A DNA stretch of 64,000 nt from an uncultured Kaistella sp. (GTDB lineage Bacteria; Bacteroidota; Bacteroidia; Flavobacteriales; Weeksellaceae): the NCBI GenBank assembly GCA_964532055.1, contig CAZHFE010000001.1, forward strand, positions 3,576 to 67,575, given 5' to 3'. The position numbers and the translations under genes were made by a program. The notes under the pieces were generated by a model that made no database searches, had not been told where the DNA came from, and was given only the letters and a program-made list of their open reading frames with translations. Each line of letters opens with the position of its first letter. Positions within the stretch are counted from its first letter, which is position 1. Below, one piece after another: positions 39,476 to 48,748 of the stretch.

Positions 39476-39877
39476 TTAGAATGGTAAATCGTCATTTTCA
39501 TCAGTTCCAAAAGGGTCGTCGTCTTTTGCTGCGATGTTTTCAACAGAGTTAGATGAAGTTGCTGCAACATTGATCGGCTCGTTATAATCTGCAGAACCAT
39601 CAGTTTTTTGAATTCTCCAGCCGACAATCGAGTTAAAATATTTCACTTCACCTTGCGGCGAAGTCCACTCTCTGCCTCTTATGTTAATGCCGATTTTCAC
39701 TTTGTCACCCTCTTTTATATTATTGAGCAATTCTGCTTTTTCCTGCAAAAACTCTATATTAATAGGTTGTGGATACTGTTCTTCTGTTGAAAGTACCAAT
39801 TCTCTTTTCTGAAAGCCGCTTGCAAAAGTCAGTATTTCAGATAATTTCTTTACTGTTCCCTGTAATTCCATAATCAA
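39476..39877 (-). CDS. DUF3127 family (SSB-like OB fold) protein
   Basis: GFQKRELV, YPQ, GREW, YFNSIVGWRI, acidic DDLPF tail. Confidence 0.88.
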   Translation of the reverse strand: MIMELQGTVKKLSEILTFASGFQKRELVLSTEEQYPQPINIEFLQEKAELLNNIKEGDKVKIGINIRGREWTSPQGEVKYFNSIVGWRIQKTDGSADYNEPINVAATSSNSVENIAAKDDDPFGTDENDDLPF

Positions 39878-40024
39878 AATATTAAAAATGTAAAGGTAAT
39901 AAAAACCATAGAAAAAATAAAACAGAGGTTAAAATTTCGCGAATATTTTTTCAAAAAAGACTTTGTTCAGAATTGAAAAAGTTTATATATTTGCAATCAC
40001 CAAAAAAGGAATATTGTTCATTCA

Positions 40025-40106
40025 GCGGATGTGGTGTAATTGGTAGCCACGCCAGACTTAGGATCTGGTGCCGTGAGGCGTGGGGGTTCGAGTCCCTTCA
40101 TCCGCA
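40025..40106 (+). tRNA. tRNA-Leu (TAG)
   Basis: GCGGATG/CATCCGC acceptor stem, CTTAGGA anticodon loop, long variable arm, GGTTCGAGTCCC T-arm. Confidence 0.96.
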
Positions 40107-40115
40107 CATTTTTTT

Positions 40116-40188
40116 GCGAAAATAGCTCAGCTGGTAGAGCGCAACCTTGCCAAGGTTGAGGTCGCGGGTTCGAACCCCGTTTTTCGCT
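40116..40188 (+). tRNA. tRNA-Gly (GCC)
   Basis: GCGAAAA/TTTTCGC acceptor stem, TTGCCAA loop, GGGTTCGAACCC. Confidence 0.96.
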
Positions 40189-41831
40189 CATATTTCTACC
40201 TGCCTTGGTGGTGGAACTGGTAGACACGCAGGACTTAAAATCCTGTGTCCGCAAGGACGTACGGGTTCAAGTCCCGTCCGAGGTACATAGCGGGAGTTGG
40301 TTGAAAAATCATCTCCCGTTTCTTTTTTCAACCTCTGGAAATCTCGATTATACCTGCAAAGTAATGAGATTGCTTCATTAAAAGGAAGGGTTCGGAATTT
40401 ATTTTTTTCAAAAATTAATTTTTCTGTGAAGTACGAACCCAATAAAAGTACTTTCGTTTCTACAGTAGCATTTTTGTAAAAATCATCGAGATTTGAGATA
40501 ACCGTAAGTCCGAAAGATAGAAGTTTATTTAAATCATCATTGTAGTTACTATATTCGTTTTTTCTTAACTTCAAATCGACCAGCTCTGACTTTTTTATTT
40601 CCGACATTTTTAAATAGAGGCTGTCATCAATAATCCCATTTATATTTTTATTTACAAGTGCTATTTGCTCTTTTTCTAACTGGCATATTTTTTCCTCTAT
40701 ACTTTTTGATAGTCTAATGCTTTCTTGAAGAGTTTCTTGGTATTCATCAATTAGAATTTCTTCAAATAACTTTAGAATGCCTTTAGAGGGTTTTGCTTTA
40801 GAAAGAACTCTATATAATTCTTTGTGAATTATTTCAGGGGAATACTTCTCTCCACAGTTGTTTGAACATCTATATGAAGAATGAAATACCTTTTTCTGTT
40901 TTCCATTATTACTCTTACTTCCGTAGAGTGGGCTACCACAGCAAGCACATACCAAAAACCCACTTAAAGGAAAGTCAGGGTTTTTAGGTCGTTTCTTTTT
41001 AATCATCCTGTTTCTGCCTTTTTTGATGTCCTGCACCGTGTTAAATAATTTTTCCGGGATGATTGCTTCGTGCAGCCCTTTTTGCAAATTGTAAGGAGGT
41101 ATTTTATGCTTTTTAAGGTCAATATAACCTGCGTACAAAATATTACTCAGGATTATGCTTAATGACGATTCAGAAATATTTAGTCCTTCTGCCTTATATT
41201 TTTTTACCAACTCTGCCTGTGTATATAAACCAGTCGAGTAATCTTCAAATAACTGTCTTATTAGAGGTGCTTTTTCATTTGGTACTATGCCTTTTTTTAA
41301 AGAACCATCTTCATTAATTCTTCCCCACTTATAACCATTCGGGGGAGTTTTAATATATCTTCCCTTCTTCATTGCTCTTCTTTCCCCAAGCCTTGTCCGT
41401 TCGTTAATGATCGCCCTCTCATATTCAGCAAAAGTAAACTTCAAATGCATTATCATTCTACCTTGTGCAGAATCAATATCATTAATCCATTCATCAACGA
41501 AATTAACTTCAATACCTAATTTATTGATGTCTTCATAAGCCTCAACACCTGTCTTAACCCCTCTTGTAAATCTATCGGCTTTTTTAGTTAAAAAGAGGTT
41601 AATTTCACCTTTATTTTCTTTCAAAAATTTATGCGCTTTTTCAAATTGAGGTCTTTTAAAGTCCTTTCCTGAATAAACATCTACATAAGTATCTAAAAGA
41701 ATAATGTTATTGTTTATACAAAAATTTTTAATGCTTTCTTTTTGGCTTTCAAGTGAAGTACCATCTTCTTGGCTAACAGAACTAACACGTAAATATCCTA
41801 CCGCTGTTTTATATGTTTTTTTCTTCTCCAT
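40188..41831 (-). CDS. Large serine recombinase (integrase); C-terminus reads through attL antisense to tRNA-Leu
   Basis: GYLRVSS catalytic motif, SGKDFKRP, KADRFTR, AEYERAIINERT, recombinase domain, zinc ribbon CACC...YRCSNNC, coiled coil. Confidence 0.95.
   Translation of the reverse strand: MEKKKTYKTAVGYLRVSSVSQEDGTSLESQKESIKNFCINNNIILLDTYVDVYSGKDFKRPQFEKAHKFLKENKGEINLFLTKKADRFTRGVKTGVEAYEDINKLGIEVNFVDEWINDIDSAQGRMIMHLKFTFAEYERAIINERTRLGERRAMKKGRYIKTPPNGYKWGRINEDGSLKKGIVPNEKAPLIRQLFEDYSTGLYTQAELVKKYKAEGLNISESSLSIILSNILYAGYIDLKKHKIPPYNLQKGLHEAIIPEKLFNTVQDIKKGRNRMIKKKRPKNPDFPLSGFLVCACCGSPLYGSKSNNGKQKKVFHSSYRCSNNCGEKYSPEIIHKELYRVLSKAKPSKGILKLFEEILIDEYQETLQESIRLSKSIEEKICQLEKEQIALVNKNINGIIDDSLYLKMSEIKKSELVDLKLRKNEYSNYNDDLNKLLSFGLTVISNLDDFYKNATVETKVLLLGSYFTEKLIFEKNKFRTLPFNEAISLLCRYNRDFQRLKKETGDDFSTNSRYVPRTGLEPVRPCGHRILSPACLPVPPPRQVEI
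40202..40285 (+). tRNA. tRNA-Leu (TAA); integration target
   Basis: GCCTTGG/CCGAGGT acceptor stem, CTTAAAA loop, variable arm, GGGTTCAAGTCCC. Confidence 0.96.
40271..40300. other. attL site
   Basis: tRNA 3' end gtcccgtccgag-GT-acatagcgggag. Confidence 0.75.
40291..40328 (+). terminator. Element-supplied terminator after the tRNA cluster
   Basis: cgggag-t-tggtt-gaaa-aatca-t-ctcccg followed by tttctttttt. Confidence 0.65.
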
Positions 41832-41985
41832 CTTTTATTTTTGTTTTTACAGAATTGGCTTTAAACTCTTTGATAACTATCTTAGCCTGTCTTTGGAGTT
41901 CCCAAAGAATTTTTTCTATCTCATCATCAGAAAAATTTTCTCCTGCGTTTTGGAGGGTTTTTCGGGCTTTCTCCTTTGTAACCAT
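41809..41985 (-). CDS. 58-aa ORF immediately upstream of the recombinase (not in ORF track)
   Basis: MVTKEKARKTLQNAGENFSDDEIEKILWELQRQAKIVIKEFKANSVKTKIKDGEEKNI*. Starts 4 nt after the upstream stop and overlaps the LSR start by 23 nt. Confidence 0.65.
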   Translation of the reverse strand: MVTKEKARKTLQNAGENFSDDEIEKILWELQRQAKIVIKEFKANSVKTKIKDGEEKNI

Positions 41986-41988
41986 CAC

Positions 41989-42786
41989 TTATAGTTTTAT
42001 ACTTGTCTCTAATTCATCATTAATGGCAATATCAATCTTCTGAAAACTCCAGCTAATGATTGTCTCCATTACTTCTTCATTGAGAAGTAAACTTTGGGAA
42101 TTTTCAATAAACCTTATATCCCCTTCTTTCAGATGAAACTTGAGGTACTGATAATCGCCCGTTTTAAGAAAGTAAAGCAATAGCATTTTATTTTTATCCT
42201 CTAACGGGTTTTGTATTTTAAAATCTGTTGAAAGAGCATTATTAGGATATTCTAAAGCGATATAATCCTCCAGTTTGAAAATTGTGTGAACAGGAAACCT
42301 TCCTTTAGAAAACCATCTCATATAGGCTTCAAACGAGTATAATCTTGCGTGTCCCTCAATAGGAATATATAAGACTTGGGGCATTGAAAACAAAGTTTTA
42401 ATAACCTCCAACTTAAAAAGTGAAAAATCTTTTATAGATGATTCTAATAATGTCTTTCTCGCATCCTTTAAAATATTTATGGGAATCCCAAACTTACGAG
42501 CATCAAAAACTATATTGAGCCAAATATTCTCCAACCTATTAAATCTTCGTATTTTTCCTTTGTCTCCGTCCTGTAATTTAATGACAGCTTGAGCGAGCCA
42601 ACTATTAACAATTCTTGCAGGATGTTCTGGTTTGATTCCTGTTTTATTTTCCTGCAAACAGTAGTTTAATACATCGTTTCTCAAAAAATGAACGACCTCT
42701 AATGGCAAATCTCCATAAACATCCAATACTGCTTTTTCGCTAATACTTTTTTCCTGTTGTCTTGCTTTCTCAATATCAAATCCCAT
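41989..42786 (-). CDS. Protein with MerR-like HTH region
   Basis: ARIVNSWLAQAVIK...IRRFNRLENIWLNIVFDARKFGIPINILK resembles the MerR wHTH pattern; TATATTTG promoter at 42803-42810. Confidence 0.55.
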   Translation of the reverse strand: MGFDIEKARQQEKSISEKAVLDVYGDLPLEVVHFLRNDVLNYCLQENKTGIKPEHPARIVNSWLAQAVIKLQDGDKGKIRRFNRLENIWLNIVFDARKFGIPINILKDARKTLLESSIKDFSLFKLEVIKTLFSMPQVLYIPIEGHARLYSFEAYMRWFSKGRFPVHTIFKLEDYIALEYPNNALSTDFKIQNPLEDKNKMLLLYFLKTGDYQYLKFHLKEGDIRFIENSQSLLLNEEVMETIISWSFQKIDIAINDELETSIKL

Positions 42787-42883
42787 AATCGAAATATTTT
42801 TACAAATATATAAATTTTACAATTAAATGTAACAAAAATTTTATTTTATTTCTTTTCGATGTATTATGAATTGTTTTCTACAA

Positions 42884-42913
42884 AAAAGACTTTCTAATAA
42901 TAAGAAAGTCTTT
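42884..42913 (-). terminator. Terminator after qatD
   Basis: aaagacttt(t)ct-aataata-agaaagtcttt. Confidence 0.65.
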
Positions 42914-42948
42914 AAAATGAAATAGTACTTTTATTAAGTGTAAAGTTC

Positions 42949-43680
42949 TTATTTCAAACAACTAATTAATCTTAAGAAGTTAGATGAAATAATATTTTCT
43001 ACGTTGTAACTCGAGGCATTCCATTCTTGAGCCAAATAATCGATTACTGGGGATGTTTCTCCCGGATTTAAAGGTAAACCTTTCTCAACTATAAATGGAC
43101 CATCTGTTTCTGTTAAAATAAACTCTTTAGGTATTTTTGATATGATTTTCCTTCCAGAGACAGATTTTATCATTGCCGGATTAACAGAGAAAAAATAACC
43201 TGCTTCTCTAATGGCTTCAATTAAATCTAATCTTCCTGAATACCAATGAAAAATTGCATATTTTATATTATATTCTAACAATAGATCTAAAACTTCTTTC
43301 TCCGCTTTTCTGGAATGAATGCTCAATATTTTTTTCTGCCCTGAAATAATCTTAAGTATTTTAGAAAAAGTATCTAATTGAATATCTTTTGTAGAAATCC
43401 CTTCTTTAGAAAAGTCTAAACCAATTTCTCCTATATACGATGTTTTACCAACGTTCTTAATGAATAAATCAAACTCCTTTTTATGCGAATCGGCCATCAA
43501 AGGGTGCATTCCTAAAGCTAATCTTATTCTTTTTAATGATTGAAAATGAGCGTATCCCATTTCAAAATGGCTTGGCAAATTGGTCATTGCTAATACTGAT
43601 ATATTAGCTTTTATGCAATCCTGCAAAACTTTTCTTGGATTCTGATATAAATCTATATGGCAGTGTGTATCAATAATCAT
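42949..43680 (-). CDS. qatD: TatD-family nuclease, Qat defence subunit D
   Basis: DTHCH, LGMHP, IGEIGLD, SIHSR, FHWYSG, LTETDGP; ATGA overlap with qatC. Confidence 0.9.
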   Translation of the reverse strand: MIIDTHCHIDLYQNPRKVLQDCIKANISVLAMTNLPSHFEMGYAHFQSLKRIRLALGMHPLMADSHKKEFDLFIKNVGKTSYIGEIGLDFSKEGISTKDIQLDTFSKILKIISGQKKILSIHSRKAEKEVLDLLLEYNIKYAIFHWYSGRLDLIEAIREAGYFFSVNPAMIKSVSGRKIISKIPKEFILTETDGPFIVEKGLPLNPGETSPVIDYLAQEWNASSYNVENIISSNFLRLISCLK

Positions 43681-45044
43681 CTTATCCCTAACTCAGACTT
43701 TACAAATCTATTTCCTTTATCTCTAAATAATTGTAAAACCTCTTCTTTAGACCTTAATACCATATCCGCATACTCTTCAAGATCAGCAATCTCAATATTT
43801 CCATTCACTAATAAATCTCTTTTCATATTTTCCAAAGAAATATTTCTTTTTAAATAGCTGGTTAATGCAGGCAGATCTTTACTGTAATTTCGTGAAGTGG
43901 CATTAGTAATAAAATTGCCATAGTGGTCTTCATTATCTAATGTTGCTTTATTTAGAGCAGCCCTTCTATAAATGCAAGGCATACATATTCCACATTCTTG
44001 TACTCCAGTTCTTACTTCCCAATTTTGTTTCCTTCCTCTTTTACCACAAGAAACCGAATCTTGAAAAATACTTTGTATAAATGTTTGGTTTGTACATTCA
44101 ACAAACATTTCCCCCTTAGTTTTAAATGTATAAGGGTTATGTATTCTTGTAGATACTCCTAAATCGGCAAGTAATTCTTGAGTGTTTTTCAATACATAAG
44201 GATGCGTTGTTCTAGTACTTAAAGAACTCACTCTTGATGGAGTTAGTGGATAATTGATTGAGATTGTGCCGTTCTCAGGAATTATCAAATCATCAGTAGG
44301 GGACAAATAACAACCCAAACCAATGAAAAAGAAAGAACGACTACGGTAATTATTTTCGACATTTATTTTATTGCCATCACTATCTTTTCTTAACAATGCC
44401 AATTTTGATTGCACCCAATATATTTTGTCTTGATATTGGGCCATCAAATGCCTTAATAGCTTTCTTTGGTCTCCATTTGGACCTGGGGATTTTGAATCAA
44501 AATGAGATACCAAAAGTATTCTTTCATTATTTCCTAGCTTCTCCAATTCATCGATAACTCCAATTAAAGAATCCAAACCACCCGAAAATAAACTTACAGA
44601 TTTGATGGAGTCTCTGTCGTAAGTTGGAATTTTTCTTCTGTTTGTACGTGGTTGAAACAAATTAACTTCTTCTATTTCTCGGAAATAAATCTGCCAATTA
44701 TCACCTGTTAAGAAGTCTAAAACTTGTTTCAATTTTTCTTCTTTCCCACTCCAAACAGCTAAGTTATTCACTGGAAATTCCACTTCTATATCTCTTGCCC
44801 AACCATCATTTGAATAAATAGCCCGACTAAGCAGGTTATCTACACCATAAACTATTGCAGACACAAGAAAAAAATCAAATTTTACAGAAGTAAAATCAGT
44901 CGTAAAATCAAAAACCCTTTCATAACCTAAGAATGATAATGGAACTTTTCTATTCACTCCATTATCCATATAACAAAGTTGCAAATCTGAGAACTTGCCA
45001 TAATCTGCATCCTCAATAACTACGTTTACTCTCATATTATTCAA
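43677..45044 (-). CDS. qatC: QueC-like protein, Qat defence subunit C
   Basis: SLFSGGLDS PP-loop, RSRSFFF, IPENG, TRTTHP, SCGK...CGICMPCIYRR. Confidence 0.9.
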   Translation of the reverse strand: MNNMRVNVVIEDADYGKFSDLQLCYMDNGVNRKVPLSFLGYERVFDFTTDFTSVKFDFFLVSAIVYGVDNLLSRAIYSNDGWARDIEVEFPVNNLAVWSGKEEKLKQVLDFLTGDNWQIYFREIEEVNLFQPRTNRRKIPTYDRDSIKSVSLFSGGLDSLIGVIDELEKLGNNERILLVSHFDSKSPGPNGDQRKLLRHLMAQYQDKIYWVQSKLALLRKDSDGNKINVENNYRSRSFFFIGLGCYLSPTDDLIIPENGTISINYPLTPSRVSSLSTRTTHPYVLKNTQELLADLGVSTRIHNPYTFKTKGEMFVECTNQTFIQSIFQDSVSCGKRGRKQNWEVRTGVQECGICMPCIYRRAALNKATLDNEDHYGNFITNATSRNYSKDLPALTSYLKRNISLENMKRDLLVNGNIEIADLEEYADMVLRSKEEVLQLFRDKGNRFVKSELGIR

Positions 45045-45777
45045 ATACGGTTAATATATCTTGCTGAATATTTTTAACAACCCTATCGGCTTCGTCAGAA
45101 CTCCAATCAATGTTTTGTAGTGGATTTCTTTTGTGCATATCTCCAACTCTTTCAACTATAAAATTTTTTATTTGGTTGAAAAGGTTGTTACAATCACTTT
45201 CACTCTTATTTTTTATTAAATTTTCATAGAACCACTTTGATAAAAGCTCATTAATGTAATATCCAAAATATTTTACTATTACATCTTCCAATGTATTTGT
45301 GGTAAAAGTCTCCTGTAATAAAGTTTGTACTTCATCAATGGATTCAGCTTGCCCCATTAGTTCTTCTAATAATAATCTTGTGGCTTCTTTTGCCGCATTA
45401 TCATCAATTGAAGTTGCATTACCGGAACAATACTCAATCAAATGATTAATTACATCGCCAACCGTTTTATTATCAATATCGGTTAAACCAGTAGATTCAA
45501 GAGTTTCTCTAATATTATTACCCGAACTGATAAACTTTGAAAAGACTCCTCCGATTTTCTTTGCAGTTCTGATACTGCTTCTTCCTCCTGCTTTTGAACC
45601 GCCACGCCCTCCTGTTGATGCTCCGCCCAATGCTGAAACAAAATGCCCCATAATGTTCTGTAGCTTCTGAGCTGGAAGAACAGAAGAATCACAATTTGAG
45701 GTAAGCGAAGAACTAAGCGTACCCCAATTCGGAACCATTGAGTGTTTTACATCAGAAAATGATTTAGATGTTCCCAT
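45037..45777 (-). CDS. qatB: Qat defence subunit B
   Basis: MGTS N-terminus, Gly-rich GGASTGGRGGS segment, position between qatA and qatC. Confidence 0.8.
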   Translation of the reverse strand: MGTSKSFSDVKHSMVPNWGTLSSSLTSNCDSSVLPAQKLQNIMGHFVSALGGASTGGRGGSKAGGRSSIRTAKKIGGVFSKFISSGNNIRETLESTGLTDIDNKTVGDVINHLIEYCSGNATSIDDNAAKEATRLLLEELMGQAESIDEVQTLLQETFTTNTLEDVIVKYFGYYINELLSKWFYENLIKNKSESDCNNLFNQIKNFIVERVGDMHKRNPLQNIDWSSDEADRVVKNIQQDILTVFE

Positions 45778-45779
45778 TT

Positions 45780-47678
45780 CTATTTTTTTAGATTAAACGC
45801 TTTACTTGCTCTTGATTTTCCATCTTTGAAATAATCATTCAAAAACGTTCCAATTTCAGGTTCTGATTTAAAGTCTGCCAATCTCGTAGCAACCGCAGGT
45901 TCAATATCTGATACGCTGATTATTTTAAGAGTTTCCATATAGTGATAAACTGCATTTTCTATTTTATCTTCTGTCATTACATTGAAAATGTCATACAACC
46001 GCTTTTGCTGAGGATTCCTTTTTAAATTTGAAGATAAAAGATTGAAAAAAGCATCTTTTTCAATATCGCTAAAAGGTTGAAATTTTTCATATAGTAGAGA
46101 TTTTGTAACTGTTGCCGTCATATTATCGGGTAATAACTCATTAAACAATGCCCTTACTACTGGTGGAATCATACTCGTTGCAGTGATAGAATTTTCTAAT
46201 TTATCACGGGCAATCCAATAATAATCCCGTAAATCAACTCCTGATAACAATGGTTCTATTTGAAACCATTTTATTATTTTGGGTTTACTCCATTCTTTGA
46301 AATCAGTATCTTTTATTTCCAAAAGAACATCCTCAATGCCTTTATCCTTACATATAGATTCTATTTCTGTTATTTCTTTTGGCATTCCGTCTTGGGAAAT
46401 TTGCCACTCAAATAATTTTTTGAACAGCTTGGGTTCTGAATATTCAAGTATCATCATTTTTGCAAGAACAGCATCATTAAAACTTTGTAACGATGCAACT
46501 TCGGCAAGTCTTTTTCTAATTGTATAAGTATTTAGAAACCGTTTAATCTGTCGGGGATTTCCATACAAACTATTTGTAATCAATGGTACTAATGCCGGAA
46601 TCGTAATTACATTATCTTTAACTTTTCCAAATTCCTCTGCTTCTAAAATCTTTTCAAAATTTGATAATCCAAATGCAGAATATTTATTCGTTAACCTATA
46701 CTTCTGAAATTCAGCAAGTACGTTTTCAAATTTGGTATTATCAATCTCTTTTTTACAGATAAGCATTGATATATAAGTTTCGACTTCTGATTCCGACAAT
46801 CTCGGTAACGAATATGGAAGCTGAATTAATTTTTCTAAATAATCAATAACAATTCGGTTGTTATCTTCTTCGATTTCTTTATTATTTTTGTATTTATTTT
46901 CAATGGCATATTTCACTATTCGAGGGTCTGCTCCAATAATGAATGCTGTTTTGGGTACGTTTAGGAAAAGTTTAATTGCTTCAAGGTTCTCAATAATTCT
47001 TTCGGGGCTACATCTGTCTAAATCATCAATAATTACAACCAATCTTTTAAAGTTTGTGGCTTCTAAGAGTTCAGCAAAATCTTTTCTAAATTCTGCCACC
47101 GCATTAGTGGAATTTTTATCTTCCTCTTTACTTTCTTTTATAAAGGCTTTAAATGTTTCCTGACCTTCTTTGGAGTTAAGTTTTTCTATTATTTTTTCAG
47201 GATTATCTCCCCATTCGGTTAGCTTTTGAACGGCAAAAGGAAGTAAACTAATGCCTCCTGTAAAGTATGCAGAAACAGCGGGTAAGGCAACATTCTTCAT
47301 AACCATACCTGCTCCACGTATCCAATCAATAGATTTCCAAAGTTTCTTTGCTTTTTCTTTTATCGTATCCTTTATTTCGGCTGAAATCTTTTTATTGTCT
47401 TCCAATTCCTTAAGAATTGAATTTAGCAATGCGGCTTTAGCATCATCATATCCTTCAAAAGTCCATCCATTAAAGTATATGCAGAGAGAATCCTTATCAT
47501 CCTCCTTATCAAATTCTTCTTTTACTATTTGTAAGATACTGGATTTCCCACTTCCCCAATCGCCAAAAACGCCTATTGTAATCGGCAAAACAGACTCGTC
47601 ATTGATTATATTGATTAACAAATCTGCGTGTACTTTAAAACCTAAAAGGTCTTCGGAGGTTTCGTTATCTGCCCACAT
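45780..47678 (-). CDS. qatA: KAP-family P-loop NTPase, Qat defence subunit A
   Basis: MWADNET, IGVFGDWGSGKSS, FNGWTFEGYDDAK, IIDDLDRC, YLEKLIQ, GNPRQIKRFLN. Confidence 0.92.
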   Translation of the reverse strand: MWADNETSEDLLGFKVHADLLINIINDESVLPITIGVFGDWGSGKSSILQIVKEEFDKEDDKDSLCIYFNGWTFEGYDDAKAALLNSILKELEDNKKISAEIKDTIKEKAKKLWKSIDWIRGAGMVMKNVALPAVSAYFTGGISLLPFAVQKLTEWGDNPEKIIEKLNSKEGQETFKAFIKESKEEDKNSTNAVAEFRKDFAELLEATNFKRLVVIIDDLDRCSPERIIENLEAIKLFLNVPKTAFIIGADPRIVKYAIENKYKNNKEIEEDNNRIVIDYLEKLIQLPYSLPRLSESEVETYISMLICKKEIDNTKFENVLAEFQKYRLTNKYSAFGLSNFEKILEAEEFGKVKDNVITIPALVPLITNSLYGNPRQIKRFLNTYTIRKRLAEVASLQSFNDAVLAKMMILEYSEPKLFKKLFEWQISQDGMPKEITEIESICKDKGIEDVLLEIKDTDFKEWSKPKIIKWFQIEPLLSGVDLRDYYWIARDKLENSITATSMIPPVVRALFNELLPDNMTATVTKSLLYEKFQPFSDIEKDAFFNLLSSNLKRNPQQKRLYDIFNVMTEDKIENAVYHYMETLKIISVSDIEPAVATRLADFKSEPEIGTFLNDYFKDGKSRASKAFNLKK

Positions 47679-47759
47679 AAATTGTAATTGTTAATGTGTG
47701 AAAATTATTCAAAGTATTCTATGTTGTCAGCAAAAATATTTCATTACGATTAATAAATA

Positions 47760-47775
47760 TTACGGAAAACCGTAA
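47760..47775. repeat. TTACGG-N4-CCGTAA palindrome, copy 1
   Basis: ttacggaaaaccgtaa between the Sir2 remnant and qatA. Confidence 0.75.
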
Positions 47776-47800
47776 AAATGAATTTAGTATTAAAAAATAA

Positions 47801-48012
47801 TTTTTCATATTTATAGTTCTTATAAAATTCGGCAGAATTTATATTTTAGACAGATAAATATCTTTTTTCCTCTTCCAAATACAGTCATAAGCAGATTGAA
47901 TACCAGAACTAATAGACGCTCCAGCACCCAATAAAAAAGAATGCGGAACATCCAAATTCCATTTAAAAGACCTTAAAAATGCATCGTATTCAAGTAGTAT
48001 GTTTTCTGTCAT
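47801..48012 (-). pseudogene. Truncated, frameshifted Sir2-domain gene (resembles SPARSA Sir2-APAZ N-termini)
   Basis: MTENILLEYDAFLRSFKWNLDVPHSFLLGAGASISSGIQSAYDCIWKRKKDIYLSKI* (47839-48012); one extra A would continue it as SKNINSAEFYKNYK. Confidence 0.75.
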
Positions 48013-48043
48013 ATTAATTTACCTTTATATACAGACGGGTTAT

Positions 48044-48748
48044 TTATAAATATTTTAATAATTCTTCTGCCAACCTAAATACTGTAGTCGATGATTCTTC
48101 TTTCGCTGGATTTTTGTGGTCAAATTGTTCAAAGTTTCTTGTAGCTCTTGTAATAGCTAAATCAACTCTTTTCTTTTTTGTTTTCGTATCAATTCCGTCT
48201 AATAACTCAAAAAAATCCTCACTCACTTTTTTAGTCCCGTTTCCGTCATATGTTACGCCGAACGGTTTAAGTAATTCATTTATTTTGTCGTTGTAATCAC
48301 TCCTGTGCATTCCTCCTCCTTGATGGTCGTCAAAATGAAGAATTAACCAATACTCAAAAGATTGATTAGAATAAGCTACATTAAAATTTTGAGCTTCTGC
48401 TATTTGGATTGCACGATTAAAATCATTTTCAGTAAAGTCGTCTTTGTCAAATACACACCAAACTTGGTCATATTGCTTTTCGCCCGCTAATTGTTCTGCT
48501 CTATTGACCAACGATATTGTGTTATACCCTTCGCCAACTGATTTTACCGTTGCAGAAGAAAGTCTAAACTGATTGAAATAGGAAGGCTCTGTATTTTCAC
48601 CTTCACAAACAATCAATATCGAAGGTTTTTCAATCAATTCAGCATCTGGTCTTTCCAAATTTGGTTCAATCCGCCTTTTAGCTTTAAGTTGTTCCTTATG
48701 TTTTTGTTTAGCCGCTATTTGCTCAGCTCTTTTGTTCTTCATTTTCAT
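48044..48748 (-). CDS. RloB-family (AbiLii-like, TOPRIM-like) protein
   Basis: LIVCEGENTEPSYF, VWCVFDKD, AYSNQSFEYWLILHF, STTVFRL. Confidence 0.9.
   Translation of the reverse strand: MKMKNKRAEQIAAKQKHKEQLKAKRRIEPNLERPDAELIEKPSILIVCEGENTEPSYFNQFRLSSATVKSVGEGYNTISLVNRAEQLAGEKQYDQVWCVFDKDDFTENDFNRAIQIAEAQNFNVAYSNQSFEYWLILHFDDHQGGGMHRSDYNDKINELLKPFGVTYDGNGTKKVSEDFFELLDGIDTKTKKKRVDLAITRATRNFEQFDHKNPAKEESSTTVFRLAEELLKYL

Noticed and set aside
40018-40254. 78-aa minus-strand ORF
   Set aside because: It is the antisense translation of the three tRNA genes.
42949-47678. KAP NTPase-QueC-TatD cluster as a new system or a queuosine pathway
   Set aside because: Order and motifs match the already described qatABCD; no queD/E/F or tgt genes are present.
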